NCBI GenBank assembly: GCA_046484245.1
Contig: JAWOBN010000037.1
Coordinates: 1-36,539 of the forward strand
Reading direction: 5' to 3'
Source of the DNA: a bacterium
Lineage (GTDB): Bacteria > Hydrothermota > 32-111
Length of the DNA: 36,539 bases
Shown here in pieces: positions 27,617-36,539 of this stretch. Positions within the stretch are counted from its first letter, which is position 1. The number at the start of each line of letters is the position of its first letter. The notes below the pieces were generated by a model. It saw only the letters and a list, made by a program, of their open reading frames with translations, searched no databases and was not told where the DNA came from. Both the position numbers and the translations under genes were made by a program.

Positions 27617-29308
27617 ATGTGGAAACGTTTAGGTGATCTTCTCATTGACGAAGGTCTGCTCACCAATGATCAGCTCATGGAGGCACTGGACTATCAGAAG
27701 AAAGAGGGCGGACGGCTCGGTTCTATACTGGTACAGCAGGGTTATGTGACAGATGATCAGATATCCCATGCACTGGGCAAACAGTACGGTGTGCCTGTTG
27801 TTGATTTTTCCCGGGAGGAAATTGATGAAATGACACTGGGTCTCATCAAACCCCAGATGGCTCAGAAATTTCAGATCATCCCGGTGAAGAGACACGGCAA
27901 GGACCTCTATGTTGCAATGGCAAATCCGGTTGATGTCTATACAATTGAGGATGTGAAATTCGCAACAGGCTACAATGTCATACCCATGGTTGCCAGTGAG
28001 AATATCATCAATTCAGCTGTTGAGGAGTACTATGGTGTGTCGGGCGCACTATCTGATGTCATATCAGAGATGAATATTGATGACAGTGATATAGAGATCA
28101 TTGAAGAGGAGAAGGAGCCTGACACACAGCAGCTTCTCATTGATGTTGATGCAGCACCTGTTGTAAAACTCGTCAATGGTATTATCATTGAAGCAGTCAA
28201 ACAGGGTGCATCAGACATACATATTGAGCCATTTGACCGTCTTCTCAGGGTGAGATACAGGGTTGACGGTGAACTGAAGGAGATCATGTCCCCCCAGTAC
28301 ACACTGGGCCCTGCAATAGCATCAAGGATCAAGATCATGTCCGGTCTTGACATATCCCAGAGGCGTCTCCCCCAGGACGGAAGGATAGGAATGAAGATCA
28401 GCCAGAAGACAATTGACCTGAGGGTATCCACAATGCCCACTGTTCACGGGGAGAAGATAGTAATGAGGGTTGCAGAGAAATCAGCATTGATGAAACTGGA
28501 GGATATCGGTCTCTCCAAGAAGGCTTACAATGATTTCAAGAAAGCAATAAACAGGCCCAATGGGATAATACTCGTTACAGGTCCCACGGGCAGCGGAAAG
28601 ACCGTTACTTTATACTCTGTACTTGCCCGCATAAACAGGCCTAATGTCAATATCATTACAGCAGAAGACCCTGTTGAATATGATTTCGTGGGCATCAATC
28701 AGGTGCCTGTTCAGGAGAAGGTGGGATACACCTTTGCCAAGGCGCTCCGCGCATTCCTGAGACAGGACCCCAATATAATCATGGTCGGTGAGATCAGGGA
28801 CCTTGAGACAGCTGATATTGCAATCAAGGCATCACTGACCGGTCATCTCGTGCTCTCAACACTGCACACCAATGATACATGCGCCACAATAGCCAGACTG
28901 ATAGACATGGGGCTGCAGCCCTATAAGGTTGCATCATCCGTTGTACTGATTGAAGCGCAGCGGCTTGTAAGGCGCATATGCCCTGCATGCAAAGAGCAGA
29001 TTGACATACCTGATGAGGAATTCGTCAAATACGGAGTCAATCCTGCTTATATGAAGGGCGGCACATTCTATTCGGGAAGGGGCTGCGTCAAATGCGGGAA
29101 TAGCGGATATAAAGGCAGACTCGGGCTCTTTGAGGTCCTTCCTATGACACATTCTCTCAGGGATATGATAGTAAAAGATGCATCCAGTGATGAATTGAGG
29201 AAACAGGCGAGGAAAGAGGGTGTCATCATGCTGAGAGAGGATGGACTGATAAAGGTCAAGTCAGGAATTACAACACTAGAAGAGGTTATGCGGGCTACAG
29301 TTGGATGA
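27617..29308 (+). CDS. pilB: Type IV-A pilus assembly ATPase PilB (GspE/PulE family) with MshEN domain
   Basis: RLGDLL..GLL....L..AL..Q and RLGSILV..GY, ASDIHIEP, RLPQDGR, GPTGSGKT, EDPVEY, LRQDP..MVGEIRD, TGHLVLSTLHTN, CPAC...CVKC. Confidence 0.93.
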   Translation: MWKRLGDLLIDEGLLTNDQLMEALDYQKKEGGRLGSILVQQGYVTDDQISHALGKQYGVPVVDFSREEIDEMTLGLIKPQMAQKFQIIPVKRHGKDLYVAMANPVDVYTIEDVKFATGYNVIPMVASENIINSAVEEYYGVSGALSDVISEMNIDDSDIEIIEEEKEPDTQQLLIDVDAAPVVKLVNGIIIEAVKQGASDIHIEPFDRLLRVRYRVDGELKEIMSPQYTLGPAIASRIKIMSGLDISQRRLPQDGRIGMKISQKTIDLRVSTMPTVHGEKIVMRVAEKSALMKLEDIGLSKKAYNDFKKAINRPNGIILVTGPTGSGKTVTLYSVLARINRPNVNIITAEDPVEYDFVGINQVPVQEKVGYTFAKALRAFLRQDPNIIMVGEIRDLETADIAIKASLTGHLVLSTLHTNDTCATIARLIDMGLQPYKVASSVVLIEAQRLVRRICPACKEQIDIPDEEFVKYGVNPAYMKGGTFYSGRGCVKCGNSGYKGRLGLFEVLPMTHSLRDMIVKDASSDELRKQARKEGVIMLREDGLIKVKSGITTLEEVMRATVG

Positions 29309-31511
29309 AATAAAAGCACTATTCAGCAAACTCAAATCAAAAGAGAAGAATGCCATACTCTTTGACAGGATAAGCAATTTCAAGTATTCGGATGCTGCAG
29401 AGAGAATTGCCTCATACCCTGATTATGTGATTGACCAGTTCATACTGTCTTACAAAGAGGGCAATATGGTTGATTTCATCTCAGCTGTGAGAAAGCAATA
29501 TACAAGAAAGGCTCCTCTCAGATTCTATTCAGGCATATTCCGCATATTCACTCCTGACAGTGAACCGGGCATTGAACTGGAGACCAGAAAGGGTCAGGAG
29601 CAGATGACAAAGGATATTGAATATGCAATAGAAAACAATGCTCTATTCATAGGCGAGGCGCCGCCGGGCACAGGCAAATCACTTGCGTATCTAATGCCTG
29701 TTGTGAGAAATATCAAGAATAAGAAGAGGGCTGTCATATCCACCAATACAAAGAATCTGCAGATGCAGATATTCAGAAGTGATGCACGTATTGCATGCAA
29801 TCTGACAGGCATACAGTTCTCAGCATGTGTTATCAAGGGCATTGCCAATTATCTCTGTCTCTTCAAGTTTAATGAGAACAAGGATTCCCTGACCCCCCTC
29901 ATGCGGCTTGCACTGGAGGGATTCCATATACTCTCCGAATCCGGTGACCTCAGTGAATTGAAGTTTTTTGATAATGCTGACATGAATCAGATTGTTTCCG
30001 ACAGTGAATTCTGCATGGACAGGGATTGCCCCTTTGTTGCCAAGTGCTATTTTATGAAGATCAGGAAACAGGCAAAATCATCCGATATAATTTTCACCAA
30101 CCATTATCTCACCCTAATTGATAATTCAAGGAACAATATCTATTTTGATGAGTATGACATATCTGTGTTTGATGAGGCGCACAATATGGAGAATGTTGTA
30201 TCAGAGCTCTTTGCATATCAGTTCAATTTCCGCTACTTTGAGAATATGATGAATTATTTCCGCAAGAGACTGCTAAACACACTGTCACACATCCGCTCGG
30301 GCAAGACAGCTGATCTGCTCAGTGAATTCATCAATCCCCTCATACTGCAGATCAATATTGTTCTTGAAAAAACAGAGATGCTGCGCCTCAATCTGAAGGA
30401 TAAACTGATATTTGACAATGGAGCAAGGCAGGAGCTGCAGTCACGGTTCTTCCGGGATCATGAAGATGAGGTCAAACAGATTGCCGGGGCATTGTACAGT
30501 ATAAATAACAAGACACAGACAATAATGGCTGAAATGGAATCAGGCGGTTCAGACAAGGAGAGATTTCATCTTATCAGATATCTCAATGAGAAGATAAATT
30601 CCTTCTATGAGGCATTTGTTGTTGTAACTGATGCTGATAATGAGGAATATGCTTTCTACTACAAAACAGACAGGAGTAAGAATATTGTACTGTCCGGTGT
30701 GCCTGTTGAAACAGGAGAATTGTTCAGTGATACAATGCTCAAAGACAGTGAGAACCCGGCACTGTTCATATCAGCAACACTGGGCATCAATAATGATTTC
30801 TCCCTATTCAAGAAACAGACAGGCATACATCACGAGGACAGGATGCTGATTGAAGACACATACCAGTCCGGATTTGACTGGGACAGGCAGATGAGTGTCA
30901 AATGCATTACCGGAATGGGCAATCCCAATGATGAGGAATTCCTCAAAAAAACAGTTCAGTTCATAAAATACATGCGCAATCACAAAAAGAGGACACTTGT
31001 CCTTACAACATCATATGATCAGATTGCCTATATCAGGAAACATCTCAGGGGCAAGGATATTTTCTTTCAGAAGAAGAACGGCAATTATGACCTGCTTCTT
31101 GACAAGTACAAGAATTTTCAGGAGAGTGTGCTGATTGGCACAAGCCGTTTCTGGGAGGGGGTGGATCTTCCCGGTGATCTGCTTGAGGTTATCATCATGC
31201 TCAAGATGCCGTTTGCTGTACCGAGTGACCCGGTTATCAAGAAGAGGAATGAGAGAATAGCCCGGGAAGGCAAGAACCCCTTCATGGAATACACACTGCC
31301 CACAGCAGTGCTGAGAATGAAACAGGGTATAGGCCGTCTTATCAGGAAGAAGACAGACAGGGGCATTGTCTATCTCCTTGATGAACGCATTGTAAAGAAG
31401 CGCTACGGCAGATTCATAAGGAATGCCCTGTTTGTTCAACCCGAGATCACTTCCTATTCACAGATTATAAGCGGAGGCAATGATGAGGATATATTTTCTC
31501 AGACACGGTGA
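29301..31511 (+). CDS. dinG: ATP-dependent DNA helicase, DinG family
   Basis: RKGQ, EAPPGTGKSLAY, FeS cysteines (YLC, FC...CPF...CYF), DEAH, SATL, FWEGVDLPG, KQGIGRLIR. Confidence 0.9.
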   Translation: MDEIKALFSKLKSKEKNAILFDRISNFKYSDAAERIASYPDYVIDQFILSYKEGNMVDFISAVRKQYTRKAPLRFYSGIFRIFTPDSEPGIELETRKGQEQMTKDIEYAIENNALFIGEAPPGTGKSLAYLMPVVRNIKNKKRAVISTNTKNLQMQIFRSDARIACNLTGIQFSACVIKGIANYLCLFKFNENKDSLTPLMRLALEGFHILSESGDLSELKFFDNADMNQIVSDSEFCMDRDCPFVAKCYFMKIRKQAKSSDIIFTNHYLTLIDNSRNNIYFDEYDISVFDEAHNMENVVSELFAYQFNFRYFENMMNYFRKRLLNTLSHIRSGKTADLLSEFINPLILQINIVLEKTEMLRLNLKDKLIFDNGARQELQSRFFRDHEDEVKQIAGALYSINNKTQTIMAEMESGGSDKERFHLIRYLNEKINSFYEAFVVVTDADNEEYAFYYKTDRSKNIVLSGVPVETGELFSDTMLKDSENPALFISATLGINNDFSLFKKQTGIHHEDRMLIEDTYQSGFDWDRQMSVKCITGMGNPNDEEFLKKTVQFIKYMRNHKKRTLVLTTSYDQIAYIRKHLRGKDIFFQKKNGNYDLLLDKYKNFQESVLIGTSRFWEGVDLPGDLLEVIIMLKMPFAVPSDPVIKKRNERIAREGKNPFMEYTLPTAVLRMKQGIGRLIRKKTDRGIVYLLDERIVKKRYGRFIRNALFVQPEITSYSQIISGGNDEDIFSQTR

Positions 31512-32103
31512 ATCAGAGGGCAATAGAGAGAACAGATTCAGGGGCAGGATGGATTACCCCCTCACTGAAAGGGGAATCTATCAGGCGGAGAATGCAGGCA
31601 GATACCTCAAGGGCGGGCATTTTGAGAAAATATACTCCAGTCCTCTGAAGAGAGCAGTTACAACAGCTGAAAGGATTTCTCACACACTGGATTCTGACTT
31701 TGAACTGTGCGATGCATTCAACAATATAAAGCTCGGGGAATGGGAGGGAAAGAAAAAGGATTATATTGAAAAGCATTACCCCAAGCAGTTTAATACATGG
31801 CTCACCCGGCCCCATAAGCTCCGCATGGAAAATATGGAGTCACTGCCGGAAATTGAGAAGAGGGTTCTGGAGAAAATAGCAAGTTTAATGAGAATACACA
31901 GCGGCAATATTATCATTGTCACGCACAGAACAGTCATCAAACCTGCAATAGCAGCACTCATTGGTATAAGCGAGCCTTCATTCTGGAAAATTGAGGTTGA
32001 TACTGCTTCAATAAGTATCATTGAATGCAGCAATGGGCAATGGACATTGAAGAACCTCAATATCAATCATTATCTGGATGATTACCCGCAAGATGTCCAA
32101 TGA
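31480..32103 (+). CDS. Histidine phosphatase family protein (phosphoglycerase mutase-like)
   Basis: LRHGES, YSSPLKRA, GEWEG, ES, VTH. Confidence 0.92.
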   Translation: MMRIYFLRHGESEGNRENRFRGRMDYPLTERGIYQAENAGRYLKGGHFEKIYSSPLKRAVTTAERISHTLDSDFELCDAFNNIKLGEWEGKKKDYIEKHYPKQFNTWLTRPHKLRMENMESLPEIEKRVLEKIASLMRIHSGNIIIVTHRTVIKPAIAALIGISEPSFWKIEVDTASISIIECSNGQWTLKNLNINHYLDDYPQDVQ

Positions 32104-32564
32104 ATTTCATATATTCACACGATAGTGTATTTCTCAGTATTGAGCATGACAGTAACAGTGTTGAGACAATTCAGTTCACTTCACCGCAGAGCCCCATGCA
32201 AGCATCATCTTACGGTGTGTTTATCACAGAACAGCTCAATGCATATTTTACAGGCAAACTGAAAAATTTTGACATCAAGTTCCGGTACAGGGGCTCCCCA
32301 TTCAGGCAGGATGTGCTGAGGGCAATAGCAGATATTCACTACGGTTCAACTGTATCATACAAAGAATTGGCTGAAAGAGCCGGTCACCCGGGGGCTTACA
32401 GAGCAGCAGGCACTGTCTGCCAGTCCAATGACATTGTTCTTGTCATACCCTGCCACAGGGTTATAAAATCAAATGGTGATACAGGCAGATTCGGCGCAGG
32501 CCCCTCTCTGAAGAAACGGCTCCTTGAATGGGAAAAACACAATACTCCATTTTCAATGCAATAG
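32100..32564 (+). CDS. ogt: Methylated-DNA--protein-cysteine S-methyltransferase
   Basis: GSPFRQDV, YGSTVSYKELA, AYRAAG, active site IPCHRV, KKRLLEWE. Confidence 0.93.
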   Translation: MNFIYSHDSVFLSIEHDSNSVETIQFTSPQSPMQASSYGVFITEQLNAYFTGKLKNFDIKFRYRGSPFRQDVLRAIADIHYGSTVSYKELAERAGHPGAYRAAGTVCQSNDIVLVIPCHRVIKSNGDTGRFGAGPSLKKRLLEWEKHNTPFSMQ

Positions 32565-32589
32565 ACCCATTATTTTGTCAAAACCACCC

Positions 32590-32748
32590 TCCAAATCCCG
32601 GGGACAGCCCTTGCGATTCAAGCAATTTCTATCCCGCTATTTATTAACTTATATCAAAATTCTTTTCAAGTGTTGTTATTCAAGAACTTATAATTATGTA
32701 CTTTTTGTCAATTTGCTCAAATCGCAAGGGCTGTCCCCGGGATTTGGA
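32590..32748. repeat. Long inverted repeat (29-bp perfect arms) around an AT-rich spacer; MITE/REP-like
   Basis: TCCAAATCCCGGGGACAGCCCTTGCGATT (32590-32618) and its exact reverse complement (32720-32748); extends 5 more bp after 2 mismatches. Confidence 0.9.
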
Positions 32749-32896
32749 CAGAATTGTGTGTAAGGTAAGTTATATATGGTCTTATATCGGATTTTGGGCT
32801 GTTTTGAGCAGAATCTATTTGTATCTTAACCCTCCGTCCCTTTATCGTTTTGCGTATTGTAGCAAATAGAGCGTGTAGAACACATATTTTCAGTGG

Positions 32897-32945
32897 CTTG
32901 TGTCTGGTAGCTTGTGTCTGGTAGCTTGTGCCTTGTGTCTCATAC
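32897..32945. repeat. Heptamer tandem array 1
   Basis: CTTGTGT CTGGTAG CTTGTGT CTGGTAG CTTGTGC CTTGTGT CTCATAC. Confidence 0.85.
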
Positions 32946-32981
32946 TTCTTCCTGCTCTATCTCTATTAAGACTGACTTTCC

Positions 32982-33009
32982 CGCATAACGCATAACGCAT
33001 TACGCAGCA
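32982..33009. repeat. Heptamer tandem array 2
   Basis: CGCATAA CGCATAA CGCATTA CGCAGCA. Confidence 0.8.
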
Positions 33010-33026
33010 CGTGTATTGCAAAACTA

Positions 33027-33054
33027 TTGACTTGCAGGCTTATTGCAATAATAT
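33027..33054 (+). promoter_or_regulatory. sigma70-type promoter of nnr
   Basis: TTGACT-N16-TAATAT, 7 nt before ATG 33062. Confidence 0.55.
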
Positions 33055-33061
33055 TAATACT

Positions 33062-34537
33062 ATGTATGTAGTATATCCGGATACAATGGGCAAGATTGAC
33101 AGTAAAACCCCTGAGAAATACGGGATTAAATCCCTGATTCTCATGGAGAATGCGTCTATTGCACTGTCCAATTACATTATCTCCAATTTCTCAGGCAGAA
33201 GGGTCACCATACTCGCCGGTCCGGGGAATAATGGAGGTGACGCTCTGGCTCTGGCGCGTCATCTGCTCAATAAGAATTACAGTGTCAAGGTCTTTCTCTT
33301 TGCCAAACCCTCAGGATACAGTGATGATTCCCGGACAAATTATGATATTCTAAAGAAGATGAACGGAGAGATAATCAATGGATTCAGGCATAAGAGGAAA
33401 CTTGTCCATGCTGTAAAGAATGCTGATATTATTGTTGACGGGCTATTCGGAACAGGATTCAAGGGTCAGATAAGGGATAATTATCTCCATGTATTCAAGA
33501 CACTGGAGAAATATGATGCTGCTGTTGTTTCCATAGATATACCGTCAGGACTGAACGGCACAACAGGCATACCTGCAGAGCATGCAGTAAAAGCCCATTC
33601 TACTGTTTCTTTTGCTGCAGCAAAAACAGGAATGCTCTGGAACAGGGCAATGGAACATGTAGGCAATCTTATTATTGCCGATATATCCATACCCAAGGCA
33701 CTCATTGAAAAGCATGACCCCTATTTCCTTCTTGACAGGGAGATGGTCGGGATAATCAGGTCAGACCTCCCGGGCCGCAAGCAGTGGCTGCATAAAATGG
33801 AGAAAGGCAGGATAGGTGTAATCGGCGGTAACAGCGGCATGCAGGGTGCACCCCAGATGACAGGCATGGCAGGACTCAAGACAGGTGCAGGTATTGTCTA
33901 TGTTCATCTGCTCAAAGAAACAGAGAGGAAATTCTATCCGGAAATTGTTTTCAGCAATTCATACAAGGATATTATCAAGAATAATAATACAATTGTCCTG
34001 GGCCCCGGGCTCGGCAGAGACAGCAGAGCCGAGTCAGTGGTTTCATATATTCTCAAGAGAAAGCGGAAGAAGAAGAATATTATCATTGATGCCGATGCTG
34101 TCAATATAATTGCAAAGATGCCTGATGACATCAAGAAGGTCTATCTCAGAGGCAGGATAGTGACACCACATCCCGGGGAATTCAAGCGCCTCACAGGCAA
34201 ATCATTCAACAGTATTGATGAGAAGATCAGATTGAGCAGGGAGTTCTGCAGAAAATACAATACACTGCTTGTTCATAAATCACCTCCCACAATAATCACT
34301 GATTCCCGGACAACATTCATATTCCCCTTTATGTCAGAGAAACTCGCAACAGCAGGTTCAGGAGATGCATTGAGTGGAATAATAGCAGGATTTCTGGCAG
34401 GGGGCGTCAATCCTTTCTATGCTTCGCTTCTGGGTGTCTATATTCATTTCAGATCAGGGGCGGACCTGAACAATCCCTCGCCTTCAGCAGGGGAGATTAT
34501 AGACAATATTTCATCAGTAATGGAGGATTTCAATTGA
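33062..34537 (+). CDS. nnr: Bifunctional NAD(P)H-hydrate epimerase/dehydratase
   Basis: LMENA, GPGNNGGD, DGLFGTG, DIPSG, GPGLG, DADA, TPHPGEF, LATAGSGD. ATG 33062 preferred over 33011. Confidence 0.93.
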   Translation: MYVVYPDTMGKIDSKTPEKYGIKSLILMENASIALSNYIISNFSGRRVTILAGPGNNGGDALALARHLLNKNYSVKVFLFAKPSGYSDDSRTNYDILKKMNGEIINGFRHKRKLVHAVKNADIIVDGLFGTGFKGQIRDNYLHVFKTLEKYDAAVVSIDIPSGLNGTTGIPAEHAVKAHSTVSFAAAKTGMLWNRAMEHVGNLIIADISIPKALIEKHDPYFLLDREMVGIIRSDLPGRKQWLHKMEKGRIGVIGGNSGMQGAPQMTGMAGLKTGAGIVYVHLLKETERKFYPEIVFSNSYKDIIKNNNTIVLGPGLGRDSRAESVVSYILKRKRKKKNIIIDADAVNIIAKMPDDIKKVYLRGRIVTPHPGEFKRLTGKSFNSIDEKIRLSREFCRKYNTLLVHKSPPTIITDSRTTFIFPFMSEKLATAGSGDALSGIIAGFLAGGVNPFYASLLGVYIHFRSGADLNNPSPSAGEIIDNISSVMEDFN

Positions 34538-36075
34538 AACGATTTATTCTCTTTTTGATAATACTTGTCAGTATTAATACATATGCTGCCGGATACTTCC
34601 CCGGGGACTGGGAGATATACTCATATATGATGAGTGTGCAGGATATTGACGGTAATCTCAATGAAGTATATGCAGCATGCAATACAGGTATTATTGCTAT
34701 AGACAAATTCACCGGTCAGTCAAGACCAATACTCACATTCAGGAATAATGTAATGAATGATTTCCCCTTCAGTAATCTCATGGTGGATGATTACAGGATG
34801 TATAATATTTATTTTTCAGGCAGGAAGAACTTCTATCATTATGATAAATTTGAAGATTCCCTGTATATGTCCGATATACCCGGATACAGGGGGAGCAATA
34901 TTGAACGCATAGGGATTGACCCTCAGTATGTGTATATTGAGATAAGGGAGAAAATACTTCAATGCAGAAAGGATTCCATTGCATTCAACAATTGGAATGA
35001 AACGGAGAATGCCAATATCAAATGGAAATACGACAGTAAGAATATTGAAGACAGGATTGAGCTGATGCCTCGGTACAGGTATTTTCATGACAGGAAATAT
35101 GAATTTACATGTTACTATGAGAATATGGGGTATTACTGGATAGGAACAGACGGGGCAGGCATATACAAAATAGATCTCAATACAGGAGAGGAAGAGCATT
35201 ATCTCAATAGCACAGGCGGTCTGGACAACCGCGCCATTGCTGTTGATTCTGCAGGCACTGTCTGGATTGCAGGACTGAGAACTCAATTTATCACAAGATA
35301 CTTCCCCAAAGCGGATTCATTCCAGTATTTCCCGACCCGTGACATTCCTCAGATAACGGATAATAATATTATCTCCATCTCATGCAATAGTGACAATATA
35401 TTGTTCGGCACAGATACAGGAGAGGCATTCTTCTATTCACTGAGCGACAAGAGATTCTATGAGATATTCAATGAACAGGGCAATACTGTTTTCAGAAGCA
35501 CGCCTATAGACAGCAGCAGATTTTTCATATCAGACAATATGGGTGTGGGTATTATTGATACTGAAATAAAACGCTTCTCCCGCAATGGCATTGAAAAGAT
35601 GCCTTCTGTAATTGACCTGGATATTTACAATGATTCACTCTTTATTGTATCAGGCAATTCTGTCTATTCAATGCATAAGGACGGGAAAGAGTTCGCCGAG
35701 AAGGAATTTGATTTCCCTGTGTTCACTGTTTATCAGTATATCAAGGATGATTCAATTGAGATAATTGCAGATAATGCGTATCTGCATGTCAAAACCGCTA
35801 ATGAGTGTTCATTTACCTCTTATCCTGTAGAGGGGTTTTTCGGCGAGTTCTGGGATATGACCTATGACAGTGACAATATATGGATTGCAGGCAGGGACGG
35901 TATTGCACGTTTCTTCAGAGAGGACAAGAGATGGAAGGTGTACAGTGAACAGAATGCCCCCATGCCCAGAACATTCACATATTCTCTTATAAGCCTGGAC
36001 GGGCATATATATGCAGGCACAAGTAATGCCTTTTACAGATTCTATTACTCCAATCCGATGTTGATTAATGAATGA
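34534..36075 (+). CDS. Exported beta-propeller repeat protein
   Basis: Signal peptide; blades WIGTDGAGIY, VWIAG, ILFGTDTG, IWIAGRDGI, IYAGTSNA. Confidence 0.75.
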   Translation: MKRFILFLIILVSINTYAAGYFPGDWEIYSYMMSVQDIDGNLNEVYAACNTGIIAIDKFTGQSRPILTFRNNVMNDFPFSNLMVDDYRMYNIYFSGRKNFYHYDKFEDSLYMSDIPGYRGSNIERIGIDPQYVYIEIREKILQCRKDSIAFNNWNETENANIKWKYDSKNIEDRIELMPRYRYFHDRKYEFTCYYENMGYYWIGTDGAGIYKIDLNTGEEEHYLNSTGGLDNRAIAVDSAGTVWIAGLRTQFITRYFPKADSFQYFPTRDIPQITDNNIISISCNSDNILFGTDTGEAFFYSLSDKRFYEIFNEQGNTVFRSTPIDSSRFFISDNMGVGIIDTEIKRFSRNGIEKMPSVIDLDIYNDSLFIVSGNSVYSMHKDGKEFAEKEFDFPVFTVYQYIKDDSIEIIADNAYLHVKTANECSFTSYPVEGFFGEFWDMTYDSDNIWIAGRDGIARFFREDKRWKVYSEQNAPMPRTFTYSLISLDGHIYAGTSNAFYRFYYSNPMLINE

Positions 36076-36539
36076 AGAAGATTTTCATATTCCTTATCAT
36101 ACTGCATCTCTGCGCCGGTCTGACAGGTGAAAAGGTCAAGGGCATATACATAAACAGATTCAAGGCATCCTCATCCCTCTTTTATCAAATTGCAGACAGT
36201 ATGATCAAATACAATTTCAATGCAGCTGTTATAGATGTGAAATACGACAGGGGCGAGAATGCATTTGACATCTCCGGCAAATTCCCCCAAGTCAATTCAT
36301 ACCGGCCCATATCCGGCCTTGATGATAAAATTGCATATCTCAAGGAACACGGCATCAAACCCATTGCCCGTATTGTCTGTTTCAAGGACAATATACTGGC
36401 AGAGGCACATTCATACAGATATGCTGCCCGCTACCCTGATTCTTCACTGTTCAGGGACATATCGGGTTCATTCTGGGTATCACCCTACAGCAGGTATGTG
36501 AGGGATTATATTATTGAGATATCCGTAATGTGTGCAGAA
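36072..36539 (+). CDS. Putative glycoside hydrolase (DUF4015-like TIM barrel), partial
   Basis: Manual translation from ATG 36072: MKKIFIFLIIL...VKGIYI...NAAVIDVKYDRG...LKEHGIKPIARIVCFKDN; open to the window end. Confidence 0.8.
   Translation, partial: MKKIFIFLIILHLCAGLTGEKVKGIYINRFKASSSLFYQIADSMIKYNFNAAVIDVKYDRGENAFDISGKFPQVNSYRPISGLDDKIAYLKEHGIKPIARIVCFKDNILAEAHSYRYAARYPDSSLFRDISGSFWVSPYSRYVRDYIIEISVMCAE

Noticed and set aside
29301..31511. DinG as a type IV CRISPR (CasDinG) component
   Set aside because: No csf/cas genes or array; looks like a housekeeping FeS DinG.
32670..32705. dif-like site (...ACTTATAATTATGTA...)
   Set aside because: Arm spacing and the XerD arm do not match the 11-6-11 dif layout.
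32524..32763. 79-aa ORF spanning the inverted repeat
   Set aside because: No transposase or other motif; explained by the repeat element.
2115..36501. Many short antisense or alternate-frame ORFs in the track (e.g. 2732-3229, 26236-26643, 28030-28440, 31011-31439, 34816-35286)
   Set aside because: They lie within well-supported genes and have no motifs; shadow ORFs.

Overview
Densely coded, ~40% GC chromosomal segment from a diderm bacterium (outer-membrane beta-barrels, lipoproteins); lineage cannot be fixed from sequence alone. In order: a partial HD-GYP/TPR gene (not in the ORF track); a structured intergenic hairpin; a minus-strand glycan operon (GT4, WecA-like, sugar transferase, two Wzi-like paralogs, epimerase, acetyltransferase, DegT aminotransferase) ending in an HhH-less uvrC; ChaN + RlmD; a three-gene exported Ca-repeat protein / beta-barrel / lipoprotein unit; a four-gene signalling operon (MBL hydrolase, two stand-alone PDZ+7TM sensors, histidine kinase) divergent from a carotenoid cluster (crtI, crtB, unknown, lycopene cyclase, crtD-like, cruF-like); an operon of a signal-less C25/caspase-fold protease, an 87-aa partner, pilB, dinG, a histidine phosphatase and ogt; an intergenic region with a 29-bp perfect inverted repeat and heptamer arrays; then nnr, a beta-propeller protein and a partial DUF4015-type hydrolase. 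Best candidates for an undescribed system: the split PDZ-7TM/kinase/MBL operon and the cytoplasmic C25 protease with its small partner. Family calls come from motif recognition only; no database search was run. No rRNA, tRNA, CRISPR array or transposase was seen.
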